A stretch of 64,000 nt of DNA from Lama glama (GCA_028534125.1 CM052817.1:47866001-47930000), one strand, 5' to 3'; positions 51,170 through 62,984 are shown, counted from the stretch's first letter. Notes: generated from the letters alone by a model not told the origin. Numbers and translations: made by a program.

Positions 51170-52430
51170 CATTGACAGTGAAATAAATATTTGCCATGTA
51201 AAGTAGAAGATCAAGTTAACAATCTAAAAATAAGTTTGGTTAAAGACAATCCATGCAAATTTGGCTTTATCAGCACTGATGAGTTTAAGCTGGAGAGTTA
51301 AATTATTGACAACACTCCTACAATTTTTACTAACTTATGAAATGAAAGCACTGCCCAGAATAGAACCTACCAAATATTACTGTAGAATGCTGATCTCATC
51401 TGTCTTGGTAATGATAGTTAGTCTCCAAAATCTTTTGAAACAATTGATTGTGGCCTTTTAAAATTCTATTTAAAAGGTTTTCTGTTATAAAATAGACATA
51501 TTTGAATGAAATATTGCCCCTATGCTTTCTGACCATTTTTTTCCCTCATAAAAGTGAAATTTGTTATCTATTTCCTCTCTGGTTGCTAGGATAAAATGTT
51601 TCCTTAAGGCTGCTAATACTAGTAACAACAACAGCTGGTGAATCTAATTTGCATTTAAATGAACAATTCACCACTATGTCCTTCAAGTCCCAGGATGCTC
51701 CTGATGGATTCTCTGTGCACAGATGCAGTAGTAGCTGCAAGATGGATACACAGGCAACAGTACAGTCTAAAAGCTATATCTTTTGTTAATGGATCAGTCA
51801 CTCTATGAAGGGCTGCTTATATACGCACCACACTTTTGAAAAACAATCATCCCAGATCTGATGTCGGATCTCCATGCCAGACTTCCTATATTTTCTTTCT
51901 ATATTTCAGGCTGTTTAAGGCTGATTTCAACAAGAATTGGTCTGAGTTATTTTACCAAACAAAAGATTTACCAAATATCCTTTATCCCTGGCCAAGGCAT
52001 GAAACATGATTATGATGTTACTCTGTACCCATGGGTCCAAGGAATTTCAGGGAAGTTTGTACCAACTTTACAGCATTGTTTATTAATGACAGTGAGACTG
52101 ATGATTTGTACCTAATCTTCATGAGACCCCTAGAAGTCTCTGCCATTGGTGTTGCCAGTAGTGACAGACAGGTTTCATTCCCAGGACCCTCAGTAACAGT
52201 ATTTTTCAATCTACAGTTTGCAAGAGAAACATACAACATAGCAACATCATTAAAACGCTGTTGGTGCTTGTTACACAGCAGGTATAAGAAACCATATCCA
52301 AGACTCCCTTCTAGTCTTTTTGTTCTGAGATGTTCAGCACACATATCAGTGCTTCCTGACCTAAGGGAACAACTGCATCTATCAAGCCTTTAAAGAGGTA
52401 GGGCAATTGGAACCCCTCCTGGCCACTTTG
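51170..52430 (-). pseudogene. Candidate highly decayed retroviral pol relic (RT-tether-RNase H)
   Basis: Degenerate motifs in collinear order: GF-NCPT (52416-52397), LICVLNI like LxYVDDI (52349-52329), KFLG (52047-52036), DPLTKDIAFRLY (51795-51760), FYSN like FYTD (51387-51376), SADKAK like SAQxAE (51277-51260), NIY (51191-51183). Frameshifts are needed to link them. Confidence 0.4.
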
Positions 52431-52872
52431 GACCCCTAATATCAGTGAGACAGCTTTAGACTGTGATGTATATTTTTACTCTTAGTTTTAAAATTCTCCT
52501 TAATAATTGCCTTTAAAAGGAATCAATCACCTTTTCATAATTATAAATTATTACCTGCGTATCAAAAGGCTTGGAGACTATAAAAAATTCTACTGAAGTG
52601 AAGTTACCCATAATCTTACAATTGAGAAATAACTATTCTTAAGAGTTTGAGTCTTCCTCACCTCTTCTCTGCCAGATTTTCTCTTTACTTTATTGAGAAC
52701 ACATGCTCATAAGAATTTTATATTCTGCTTTTCTTCAGGTAGCCTTGATAACATTAGCATAACTCTTAGTAATGTCATTTTATTGACTACATAATATTAT
52801 ACCATATGGATATCACATCATCATCAAAAGAGCTGTATAATTGAAATTTTCATTTATTGTTATCTTTCTGCT

Positions 52873-53842
52873 TGCTGACTTAAAGAAAAACACACAACAT
52901 GAGAGTTGTGAGTTTAAGTTTTATTCAAGGTCTTACTGAGGACAACAGCCCAGGAGATGGCTCTGAGAAACTGTTCTGAAGAGGCAGAGGAATGCTAACT
53001 AAAAATTGGCACTTGCCATCTGCCTCTGCAAGGGTTGGAGCACATTGGCACTTGCCATCTACCTCTGCTTGGATTAAACCATGAGCTGCTGCAGCCGCTG
53101 ACCTCCAGCAGCCGCTGACCTCCAGCACACCCTGAAAGGAGTTCAGGGTGGAGTCAGAAATGAGGCCCTCTGTGCTCTGGCAACACTGGCTGAACAGGCC
53201 TTCAGATAGTTAGATATTTTCAGGAGAAGATTTTATGACCCCAATTCTTGCATCTCCTCATATCTAGAAAAGCACTAAAATCTTTAACAGTGACATCTGC
53301 TCCTTGTGCCCAGCAGCAAGCCTCTGCCTAAATGTGTGCTCGACTGCATGTCCCCCCTTCACTGAAGTCATGTATAATATTGAGTTCTCCCTCTGCCTCT
53401 TTGGAACAGTTTCTCAGAGCTCTCTGGGATGCTGTCTCCCGGGCTATAGTCCTCATTTTGCCCCCAATAAAACTTAGCCCACAACTCTCACATTGTGTGA
53501 TTTTATTTCAGTTGACAGGAGGAACTGGTATATATGCAAATTTTTTTGCTAGGAAATACAGATAGTCAAGCATACATCTTGATGAAAGATAACTGCTAAT
53601 TACAAAGAACAAGTATCTCAAGTTAATGATTTTTGTGCTTCTCTATGTATGGGAAAATGCAAGAATCTGGGGCAATTGAAATCCTTCCTGAGATATACAC
53701 CTTAACTACCTACAGATCCTTTATCCAAAGCACAGAATGTTTCATCCCTTTTTTTCACCCTGAATCCCCCTCATGGCAGTGGGTTGCAACTTAACCCTTG
53801 TAAAACTGGATGCTGAGCAACACTCTTTGTTCTTTTTGTTCA
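52873..53842 (-). mobile_element. ERV1 solo LTR (MER41-like), split by a nested LTR
   Basis: TG...CA ends; antisense AATAAA (TTTATT near 52920); TTAATGATTTTTGTGCTTCTCTATGTATGGGAAAATGCAAGAA; approximate 4-bp TSD TGCT/TTCT. Confidence 0.8.
52993..53517 (+). mobile_element. ERV1 solo LTR (MER41-like), nested in opposite orientation
   Basis: TGCTAACTAAAAATTGGCACTTGCC...AATAAA...TTCAGTTGACA; TSD GGAA/GGAG; internal 17-bp duplication at 53091-53124; close paralogue at 61272-61786. Confidence 0.88.
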
Positions 53843-54049
53843 TTCTTTATAAATAGTTATGAAGCTTTTGTGCATAAAACTGTATCATATTTCATCCATA
53901 GCTTTTAGATAAATCCCTAAAATTATATTGACTTCTCCAAAGAATGCAAACATTCTTAAGGTTGTAGTTTTAATTTTAATAATTAATTTCCAAAAAGAGA
54001 ATATCTGCATTTACATTAAAAAAAAAAAACTGAAGGAATACGTTTCCAA

Positions 54050-55730
54050 TGTAGTCACATATTTTGGAAATATTTATTCCTTCTCCATATATCTAAAGGA
54101 ATAAATTTTGTTTGCCTTTTATACTTTTGGCTCATAGACATTTTATGTTTTTATATAATCAAATCTATTATCTTTCTGATTTCATGCACTACTTTTAAGT
54201 CTCACAGATCTTTCTCATACAGACATTTGATGATGTATTAATTTCTATTTTCTTCTAGACTTTTTACAATCTGATTTTTCACATTAAACTCTTCAAGCAT
54301 TTAAAGTGTTTCCCCAAATCATTAACTAATTTTCATAGCACCACTTACTGAAAAACCTTAATATATGGTAACATGTATTTCCTGTACCTTGTGGGAAAAC
54401 AAATCTTCCCTGGATTTCTCAGTGTTCCTGCAAAATCTTGGCATCCTGAGCCATTGATACATTTTAAAACTTGAGATTGTTTTACTTTCACCAGAAAAAA
54501 AAAAACCAAAATGCTTTTCACTTGCCTGAGTATTAGATATCTGGCCATCTGTCTTCTTAATGGTGGAGCCTATTGCTCCCAAGCAAAGTGTCATAAACCT
54601 TTTATCCCTAAGAGTCCAAAGTTTCCATTCCAGGATAGGCATCTGAATTAAAGGAAAGGGAGACTGAATACATCTAGACTCCTGGAGGAATTTAGACTGT
54701 TATCTATGTGTTTACATTTCAAAAGAGAATTCTGGGTTGTAAATTTTAGGAACTGGTCTTACCTTCCCTCTAAAGAGATGTATTTGCATTCCAAAGGTAA
54801 GAACTCAGATTCCCTCCCATTCTCCCAGGAGGAAAGGCAGATGTAGCCCCCTTCTAGGTAAGGAGTGAAATTCATAGTTCTGGGTCCCTAGCCAGCAATT
54901 CAATCCCACAGCACCTGTAGGATTTATCCATCTACCTCTTATCATGTCGTCTGTGGGTTCAGGCTTGGGCAGGGGGTGAGGGGGGATGACTCTGGGAACA
55001 GTTACAGCTGTGAGTGAAAAAAAACTCATCTCTGACGAAGGATCTGCAGATGTTTCTATATACATATTTGTGTGTGTGTATAATTATGTAACTTCACAGC
55101 TTTTGACTTAACACAGATTACATTTTTAAGCCTCTTGAATCTCCTTCTGGCTATTTTTCTGTCTATCATTGTCACTTAATTATTTAAGCTTTATAATAAT
55201 TTATAGTATTTGATACATTTCACATAACCAGTGTTTTTTAATTTTAAGCAACTCTCATCCATCCTTTTTTCCACAAAATTTTAGAATCCCTTCATCAAAA
55301 TCTGAAAAGTTGCAATTTTTATTATATTTATAGCAATTGGTAGATAATTAACACTTTACAATATTTAGTTTCTCTATCCAGAAACATGGCATATGTCTCT
55401 ATTAGAATTTTTATGTCTCAGTTTTGTAGTTTTCTGTATGCAAATTCAATCATTTCTATGTGATATTGTTAAGAATTCAGTGTTCCTATTGCTGATGTGT
55501 ATATAATCTTATTTTTCACTGTGCTTTTTATCATTGTTGATATGACTATAAAATAATCTTATAGCCAGTCTTTTTTTTTAACTTGTTTATTTTTATTGAT
55601 TTTTGGTTGATAAATTTAAGTTTTTAACTATCCAATTATATCCACTGCACATAACCATTCAGTTCTATTTTAAGGTTTTTAGCATTGAAAAGAATTTCTA
55701 TAATTCATTTAATAGTAATAGTGATCTGTC
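54050..55730 (-). mobile_element. Very old L1 ORF2 fragments (L1ME-like), interrupted by an LTR
   Basis: T-rich antisense L1 segments (CATAGCACCACTTACTGAAAA; TTTACAATATTTAGTTTCTCTATCCAGAAACATGGCATATGTCTC). Confidence 0.55.
54385..55055 (+). mobile_element. Old ERV LTR (MER89/MER90-like, family uncertain)
   Basis: LTR-like composition interrupting the L1; repeated TTTACATTTCAAAAG/TTTGCATTCCAAAGG; 3' GCTGTGAGTGAAAAAAAACTCATCTCTGAC. Confidence 0.4.
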
Positions 55731-55734
55731 CAGC

Positions 55735-56358
55735 TGAGACAGGAAGGGGGCAGGGCACAGCCATGTAAGGAATGCTACAGCAATTAACATCAAAATGGTG
55801 AAAGATTCAACCCCCAGTAGGCCTTGAGGCTCAAGGTGGTGGGAGATCTGTCTTCTAGCAGATCTTGAGCTTCAATATACGCTCACTGTTATACATTAAC
55901 ATTGTGAATAACATGCCCACAGGCACCATGGCAGTCCCAAGGCTAGCCACAAAAGCTCAAAGAGTGGGAAATGGCCAACTTCCTGGGAATCCCAGCCCCT
56001 TCCCCAGACAAGTTAGACTGGTCCTTCCATTTATTAGCATATGAAGCCACTGAGCCCATTAAAAACTGGCAACACGGCTGCCGCCCTCTCTCCCTCTTCA
56101 GAGCCGGCCAGCACTCTGTCTGTGGAGTATGTACCTACTTTTACTCTAGTATGAGCACACAATCCCCACACCTCGTGGCCTTTCTCTTGCCTTTCAACGT
56201 ATCTCTGTATAAATCTACCTTTACTCAGCTGTGGCTCGCTCTTGAAGTCTTTCCTGCATGAAGCCAAGGACCCACACTTGGAGGGGCACATCCCAGGGGC
56301 TCAACCAAAGCCTGGGACACGGCCCTCCTCACGCCCCACATCCATTTTTCCTGCATTG
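55735..56358 (+). mobile_element. ERV1 solo LTR (artiodactyl-type)
   Basis: TGAGACAGGAAGGGGGCAGGGCACAGCC start; TATA-like CCCATTAAAAAC; U5-like TGGCTCGCTCTTGAAGTCTTTCCTGCATGAAGCCAAGGACCC; approximate TSD CAGC/CAAC. Confidence 0.8.
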
Positions 56359-57085
56359 CAACCATAGAAATAAAGACCTTTCTTGTTGATCTAGTCAAGT
56401 ATCAAATATATTAATCATAAGAATCTGAAATTATTAGACACTAGAAATACCAAATCTTGTAGGATGACATAATCATGGCCTTCATGAAGGTCACAGCCTA
56501 GTAGGGGACAGAGGAACTTCTAAAGAAAACTCTAAAATTTATTTCATACATCTCCACATCAGCTGCAAACTTCAGTCACCAGAGAAAGGAGACAGCAAGT
56601 GATCAAGACATTGGCAGATAGGAAGATTCCTGATTCTAAGCTCTCAAAAGTATTCAATGTATCTTATTACATTTACTGAGTTCAAGACAGTTGTTTTTAA
56701 AAATTATTGCTTTATTGAATTTTAAAAATTAAAGTGTATAGAGTTTAAAAAGAGAAACAAAATGTAACTTTTCTTTTTTTTTAACTCATTTTTAACCTAT
56801 GTCAAGGCACATTCAGTATGGTGAAGTCTAAAGAAACTCAGGTGCGGCAAAGAAGAAATGTGTTCTCTACAAGTACCATACCATGGGTCAACTTCCTGAA
56901 ATCCTGGAGGCCTTTGGAATTTAGTTTCTTAAATGTAAAGATTTTTGGTCAATGTGAATTATTTCTAATTTTTTTAGTTTATATCTACCACGTGAGAATT
57001 TATAGTGAAAATTAGAGAAAACATAAAATTACCTAGCAGAATTTCTGGCCTAAGGAAAATGCACAATAAACAGTAGTTTCCCATT

Positions 57086-57087
<2 letters not shown>

Positions 57088-57134
<47 letters not shown>
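57088..57134. repeat. (GT)23 microsatellite
   Basis: Direct observation. Confidence 0.98.
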
Positions 57135-57135
<1 letters not shown>

Positions 57136-57642
57136 TTTGAATTAAACTTTAAGTTTTACTAAACTTGGACTCATTTTATGGTGGAAATAAATAATCTACA
57201 ATTTCTCCAAAAACGAGTTGTGATTTTTTTTAAACCATCAGCTGTTAAGAAGTCTAATTTGGGTAGTTATCAAGCAAAATATAACTTGTCATGCACAGCA
57301 ACCAATTTTTATGTGTCACAGAATGCAAAATTAAAACACCAGATCCCTTAGCAAAATATGTGCAAAATGAAGTTGGCGTAAAGATTAATAGATTTCCTTT
57401 TAAATTCCATGATAGTTTATTCCTATTATATCTAAAACTGGAATTTTTTAAAACTTAAAATAGTCTTAAAAGCTCTTCTAGAGTTCTTATATTTGCCACA
57501 TATGCAGCTCTATTCAGATTGGCACAAGGCAAATAGATGGGTGGATGGATGATAGATTTATTGATCAACAAACAGATAGAAAACAAGGAAGGAAGAGAAC
57601 AGAGAGGATTTTCTGTGATACACTTATAAACAAAAAATGTCA

Positions 57643-59245
57643 CAGCCCGGGGCAGATAGGATCCTTCCATCCTGGTCCCTCAGAGAACTTGCTCCACAAG
57701 GACAAACAAGGAGCTGGGTCTTGGCTCGGAGCAGGGACGAGGCTGCCCCTCGGTCTTCCCCGAGCCCACCCGCGGAGCGCGAACAGGGCGGAAAGCAGAC
57801 CAGGGCGGAGCGCGCACCAGGGCGGAGCGCACAGCCGCACAGAGCAGCGGAGCTACCGGCGGCGCAGGCAGAGGGAGAGCGGCCCCCCGCCTGTCGGGCA
57901 GGAACACAACCCCTGACCGAGGTGCTGGGAAGGGGCACGACCCGCCCTCCTGCCTGGCCAGTCTGCAACATCTGACTGCGGCACCCGGAGGGGTAGTGAC
58001 CCGCCCGCCCACAGCAGAGGAGAGCTGCACCTGACCCCGTGTTAGGAGGAGGTGCGATCTGCTTGCCGACAGGTGCTGGGAGCAGCACAGAAGAGGGCGC
58101 CAAGGGAGGGCCTATGAAAACAAGCTGAGCTTCCAAAACAGGACGAAGACAGAAGGACTTCACATTAAAAGCACACAGACTCCAGGAGAACACCGACAAC
58201 CCCCCCCCTTTTTTTTTGTTTTGTTTTTTGTTTTTGTTTTTTTTTTAAATCTGTTTCTACCTGTTCTATTTTCAATTACTCTCTTAATTTTTACTNNNNN
58301 NNNNNNNNNNNNNNNNNNNNNNNNNNNNNNNNNNNNNNNNNNNNNNNNNNNNNNNNNNNNNNNNNNNNNNNNNNNNNNNNNNNNNNNNNNNNNNNNNNNN
58401 NNNNNNNNNNNNNNNNNNNNNNNNNNNNNNNNNNNNNNNNNNNNNNNNNNNNNNNNNNNNNNNNNNNNNNNNNNNNNNNNNNNNNNNNNNNNNNNNNNNN
58501 NNNNNNNNNNNNNNNNNNNNNNNNNNNNNNNNNNNNNNNNNNNNNNNNNNNNNNNNNNNNNNNNNNNNNNNNNNNNNNNNNNNNNNNNNNNNNNNNNNNN
58601 NNNNNNNNNNNNNNNNNNNNNNNNNNNNNNNNNNNNNNNNNNNNNNNNNNNNNNNNNNNNNNNNNNNNNNNNNNNNNNNNNNNNNNNNNNNNNNNNNNNN
58701 NNNNNNNNNNNNNNNNNNNNNNNNNNNNNNNNNNNNNNNNNNNNNNNNNNNNNNNNNNNNNNNNNNNNNNNNNNNNNNNNNNNNNNNNNNNNNNNGAATA
58801 CTACTCAGCCATAAAAACCAACAACATAATGCCATTTGCAGCAATATGGATGCTCCTGGAGAATGTCTTTCTAAGTGAAGCAAGCCAGAAAAAGAAAAAT
58901 ACCATATGAGATCGCTCATATGTGGAATCTAAAAAACAAAAACAAACAAACAAAAACAAAGCATAAATACAGGACAGAAATAGACTCATGGACAGAGAAT
59001 ACAGACTTGTGGTTACCAGGGGGGTAGAGGGTGGGAAGGGATAGACTGGGATTTCAAATTGTAGAATAGATAAACAAGATTACACTGTATAGCACAGGGA
59101 AATATACACAAAATGTTATGATAAATCACAGAGAAAAAAATGTGACAATGAGTGTCCATTCAGTCCATGGATGACTGAAAAATTGTGCTGAACACTGGAA
59201 TTTGACACAACATTGTAAAATGATTATAAATCAATAAAAAATGTT
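57643..59245 (+). mobile_element. Young L1: CpG-rich 5' UTR, assembly gap, 3' end; probably near full length
   Basis: GC/CpG-rich 57643-58200 with CAGGGCGGA repeats and a T-rich tract. After the gap, ORF2 end (GAATACTACTCAGCCATAAAA...) and 3' UTR. Candidate TSD AAAAAA(T/A)GTCA at 57632-57642 and 59246-59256. Confidence 0.8.
58296..58795. other. Assembly gap (500 N)
   Basis: Run of exactly 500 N, probably a placeholder length. Confidence 0.99.
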
Positions 59246-59802
59246 AAAAAAAGTCATTTTTGGAATCCAACTAAATTATTGCAAAGCTATAATTTTAAAA
59301 TGTCACTCAAGACCTGAAGTACAAATAAAACAGTTAATCCATTTACTGCCCATTTCAGCAACATTTTCCATCTCATCAAGAATTGATTTACTACAGATTT
59401 CCAAGAGGAAGGATTACGAGTATTTCTATTTTCCAAAATGTGGATATCCTACTAAGAAAATTTGAGAATAAGAGTAAATAGTCAGTTCTTCTATAATGCT
59501 AATTTTGAAAGTAAAAATTTGTTCCAAGGTGATTGATATAATAAGGAACAAGTTGAACATAATGTAACTTTCACATTTTACTTATGCATGATGTTACCTG
59601 CAAAAAAAAAAAAAAACTATATGCAGGTAAAAAAGTTGCACCCAGCTGAACTGAGTCAGAAAGCACAAAATGCATTCACGCACACACTTTAAACATCTAT
59701 TAACTACTTCTGTTAATACATGTGTTAAAATGCAAGTTTTTTTTATTATTATTCTTTTGTGCTTGTAAACTTGTTTTTTAAAAGCCATTTATTATCTTAG
59801 AT

Positions 59803-60400
59803 ATGTCTAAATGCTTTAAAATTCCAACCTGTGCGTGTAAAAGAAAAGCTTTAAGGACTGAAGAGAATCTTGAAATGATAAAGCATTTTGAAAGAAATGA
59901 GAGAACATGTGATATTTCCAGAGCAACAGAGACAAAACTGGGAAATAAAAGATTTATGGCTGAAATATGTCAAATGCTGAAAAGTCAATAAGGCCTAAAG
60001 CAGCAGAAAATAGGAAGATTGTTAAGCATGTGGATTGAAGACCAAATAAAAGAAAATCAGAAATAATTTTTCTCACAATCAAAGAGAAAGCACTATTCAT
60101 ACATAAAGACCTTCAACAGAAATCACCAAACCCTGAAAGTGACCTCTTTCAGATCATTCCTTTTAAATCACAGTTGTGTGGTCGATGGTTTCAAACGTAG
60201 CCAAAATTTCCAAGCCTTCAGCCATTGGGTGGAGCCACAAAGACAAATAAGAAAGGCACAAAAAAATTTCCAGCAGTGATACAGAAGTTAAGTGAAGAAA
60301 AACGTTATACTTTAGACCAAATTTTTAATTTTGAAGAAGCAGCTATCTAGCATATTGTACGTCTGGAAGGACCTACACCTCAAAGGCAGAAAAACGTCCC
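59803..60400 (+). pseudogene. Decayed Tigger/pogo (CENP-B-like) transposase N-terminus
   Basis: KRKALRTEENLEMIKHFERNERTCDISRA (N-terminal HTH); IGRLLSMWIEDQ and IKEKALFIHKDL (CENP-B-type HTH); FPAVIQKLSEEKRYTLDQIFNFEE (approach to the DETG catalytic motif). Stops and frameshifts present. Confidence 0.85.
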
Positions 60401-60762
60401 TGGATTTAAGGTAGGGAATCGTAACTGTGATGTTTGGCTCAAATACAATGAGCCACACTTCCCCAAACTTTCCATCTGACTTCAGATAGGGTCCTTCCAC
60501 CACGTTGCAACAACCTACAAGTCACAGCTTTTCCTCTCCCACTTCCACAAACTTCAGGTCCTTCTTAAGAATAAGTGCTATATTTATTGTAGTACTTGTG
60601 TATTTCTGAACCATTTAACATGTGTAACCATGCTACCATTTGTATAAGGCTCTTTTATAGACACAAACTGATGAAGTTTTTGAGTGTTGTGACCCATTTT
60701 TCCCATAATCTCTATTTTTTAATTGCACAATTTTCCTGTCACTTCCATTTTGAGGCATGTAT

Positions 60763-61169
60763 TGTGGATGAAAACTGTTGCCTGCCCTGTCAGTTGTCAA
60801 AGGCTATTGTAGCCATCAGCCCAGCAGCCACTGCAGCCATGCTGACTGCACACCCAGAGGAAAAGCAAGAGACTGGCCCTAGACAGTTAAGGCGGACATC
60901 AGTGAGCCCAGCTCTTGCATCCTCCCATACATAGACAGGCACTACATCCATTGACTTGAGATGCCTGGCTTTATTTAACAGTTATCTTTCATGTTCTGGC
61001 TACCTGATTTTCGTTGCAAAACTCCTATCCTGGCTTCTCCCTAACCCCTTCAGAGCAGTCCCTCAGAGCTATCAGAGGCTGTCTTCTGGGCTTAAGCCCT
61101 CAGTTTTGTCCACCAAATAAAATGCAACTCTCCACTTTTAGGTTGTGCCTTTTTTTTTTTAAGTCAACA
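60763..61169 (+). mobile_element. ERV1 solo LTR (MER41-like) with perfect 4-bp TSD, inserted in the Tigger
   Basis: TGTGGATG...AATAAA...AAGTCAACA, with GTAT on both sides (60759-60762, 61170-61173). Confidence 0.88.
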
Positions 61170-61271
61170 GTATATATCCTGTTACAGCAGAACTGACTAT
61201 ATTACTCTTCAGAGAAGGCCTCTAGCTTTCTATGACTACAACTCACCTGTATGTTACATTTGGCATGACAA

Positions 61272-61786
61272 TGCCAACTACAAATTGGCACTTGCCATGC
61301 CATCTGCCTCTGCAAGGATTGGATCACGCTGGCACTTGCCATCTACCTCTGCTTGGATTAAATCATGAGGTGCTGCAGCCACTGACCTCCAGCACACCCT
61401 GAAAGGAGCTTAGGGTGGAGCTCAGGAATGGAATGCGGCACTCCGTGCTCTGGGAAAACTGGCAGGACAGGTCTAACAGATAGTTAGATATTTTCAGGAG
61501 AAGATTTTCTGAGCCCCAATTCTTGCATCTCCTCATATCTAGAAAAGCACTGACTCCATTAATGGTGACATCCACTCCTCGTGACTAGCAGCAAGCCGCT
61601 CTTAATGTGTGCTTGACTGCACGCACCCCCTTCACTCAATCATAGATCATACCGTTCTCCCTTGTCACTTCAGAGCAGTTCCTCAGAGCTATCAGAGATG
61701 CTGTCTCTTGGGCTATTGTCCTCATTTTGCCCCAGATAAAACCTAGCTCGCAACTCTCACATTGTGTGACTTTATTTCCGTCGACA
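61272..61786 (+). mobile_element. ERV1 solo LTR (MER41-like), same subfamily as 52993-53517
   Basis: TGCCAACTACAAATTGGCACTTGCC...CCGTCGACA; TSD ACAA/ATAA. Confidence 0.88.
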
Positions 61787-61879
61787 ATAATTACCCAGAA
61801 AAATTCTAGTAAATAAGATTAATGGTTTGTTAATCATGGGAGACAGGAGTGGGGGTGGGGGGTGGGGATTTCATCCTTC

Positions 61880-62865
61880 TGCTAACAACTCCTATATTTG
61901 TATATTTGACCTCAGATCCTTCTTCTGACCTCCAAACTTACATAATAAACAGTACTTTACATTTCTTTAGACATCTTGTAGTCATCTCAAATGCACTTAA
62001 TGTGTCCAAAACTAAACTCTTCAGCTTCTCTTGAAAAACTGCACCTCCTCCAGTTTCCATCACCTGAGTAAACCACCCCTCTGCTCCTGCTCTTTTCCCC
62101 ACTCATGCCTGAAGCCTGGTCATCCTGAACAGCTCTTCCCCCAGCCCCCCAAATACCAACTGCACCGAAACCATCACCAGACCTGCCCATGCTACTTCCC
62201 AAATGCATTTCCACCCTCTCCCTTCTGTCTCCATTGCCCCCACCTGGTCTACATCTCCCTGGGAGACCACAGCCTCTTCAGGGTGCCCCAGGTTCTCCCC
62301 AGAGTATTTTGTGAGGGAAACTAGCATCAGGTCACACCTCAAACTAAAAACATTAATGGCTTTCCACTGCAGGTTTTACAATCCACAAAATTTCTTAAAT
62401 TCAACATGACATGGCCCTAGGCTATCTCTTAAATCTCATCTCATACTATTCCTCCCCCATCACCCCTATTCCTGCATCCTAAAAGCTGGCTTAATAGAGC
62501 CAAGTCCTTTCTGGCCTCACACCTACACTCATACTGTTTATTCTGTGGGCACATCTTCTCTGTTTAATTTCTACTCAGTCTTCAGGACTTGGGTGAATAT
62601 CACTTTTTCAGAAACACTTTTCTACCTCCCACTCTAAATTAACACCCTCTTCATCCTCTTTCTGATCTCACAATTACTGTCTTTCTTAAGGCTTATCTTT
62701 ATTTATTTATTTATTCATTTGTGTAATTATTTGCTAAATTCTCAATTTCTCACTAGACTATGAATCCCACGAGGTCAGACAGCATCTCTGTTTTGGTTGC
62801 AGTATTGCATAACTAATCTGACTGGCACAGAGTACACACTTAAAAATATTTATAAGATGAATAAA
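61880..62865 (+). mobile_element. L2 3' region
   Basis: CACTTAATGTGTCCAAAACTAAACTC...GAAGCCTGGTCATCCTGA...CACTAGACTATGAATCCCACGAGGTCAGA...TGGCACAGAGTACACACTTAAAAATATT. Confidence 0.75.
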
Positions 62866-62984
62866 CTCCTTCAGAAAATATTTATCCTATTATGTTTGGG
62901 GTGTTGGATTAAGTTCCAGGACTGTATCTAAGAACACATGATCTTTCATGGGGGACATATAATCAAATAATCATCATAATAGCA

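Larger units (their letters stand above)
59479..61199 (+). mobile_element. TcMar-Tigger DNA transposon (Tigger13-like), internally deleted, interrupted by an LTR
   Basis: About 20-bp TIRs: TAGTCAGTTCTTCTATAATG (59479-59498) and TGTTACAGCAGAACTGACTA (61180-61199), followed by TA. Internal transposase remnants. Confidence 0.85.

Noticed and set aside
57545..58199. Overlapping long GC-rich ORFs and an apparent CpG-island gene promoter
   Set aside because: They lie within the probable L1 5' UTR. Stop-poor GC-rich DNA yields ORFs in many frames, and none resembles a protein family.
58221..58919. 197-aa and 211-aa ORFs
   Set aside because: Artefacts of translating through the 500-N gap.
52993..61786. 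Two similar same-orientation LTRs about 8.3 kb apart as the ends of one provirus
   Set aside because: Each has its own approximate 4-bp TSD (GGAA/GGAG and ACAA/ATAA). The first is nested in another LTR, and the intervening DNA is L1, Tigger and other LTRs with no gag/pol/env.
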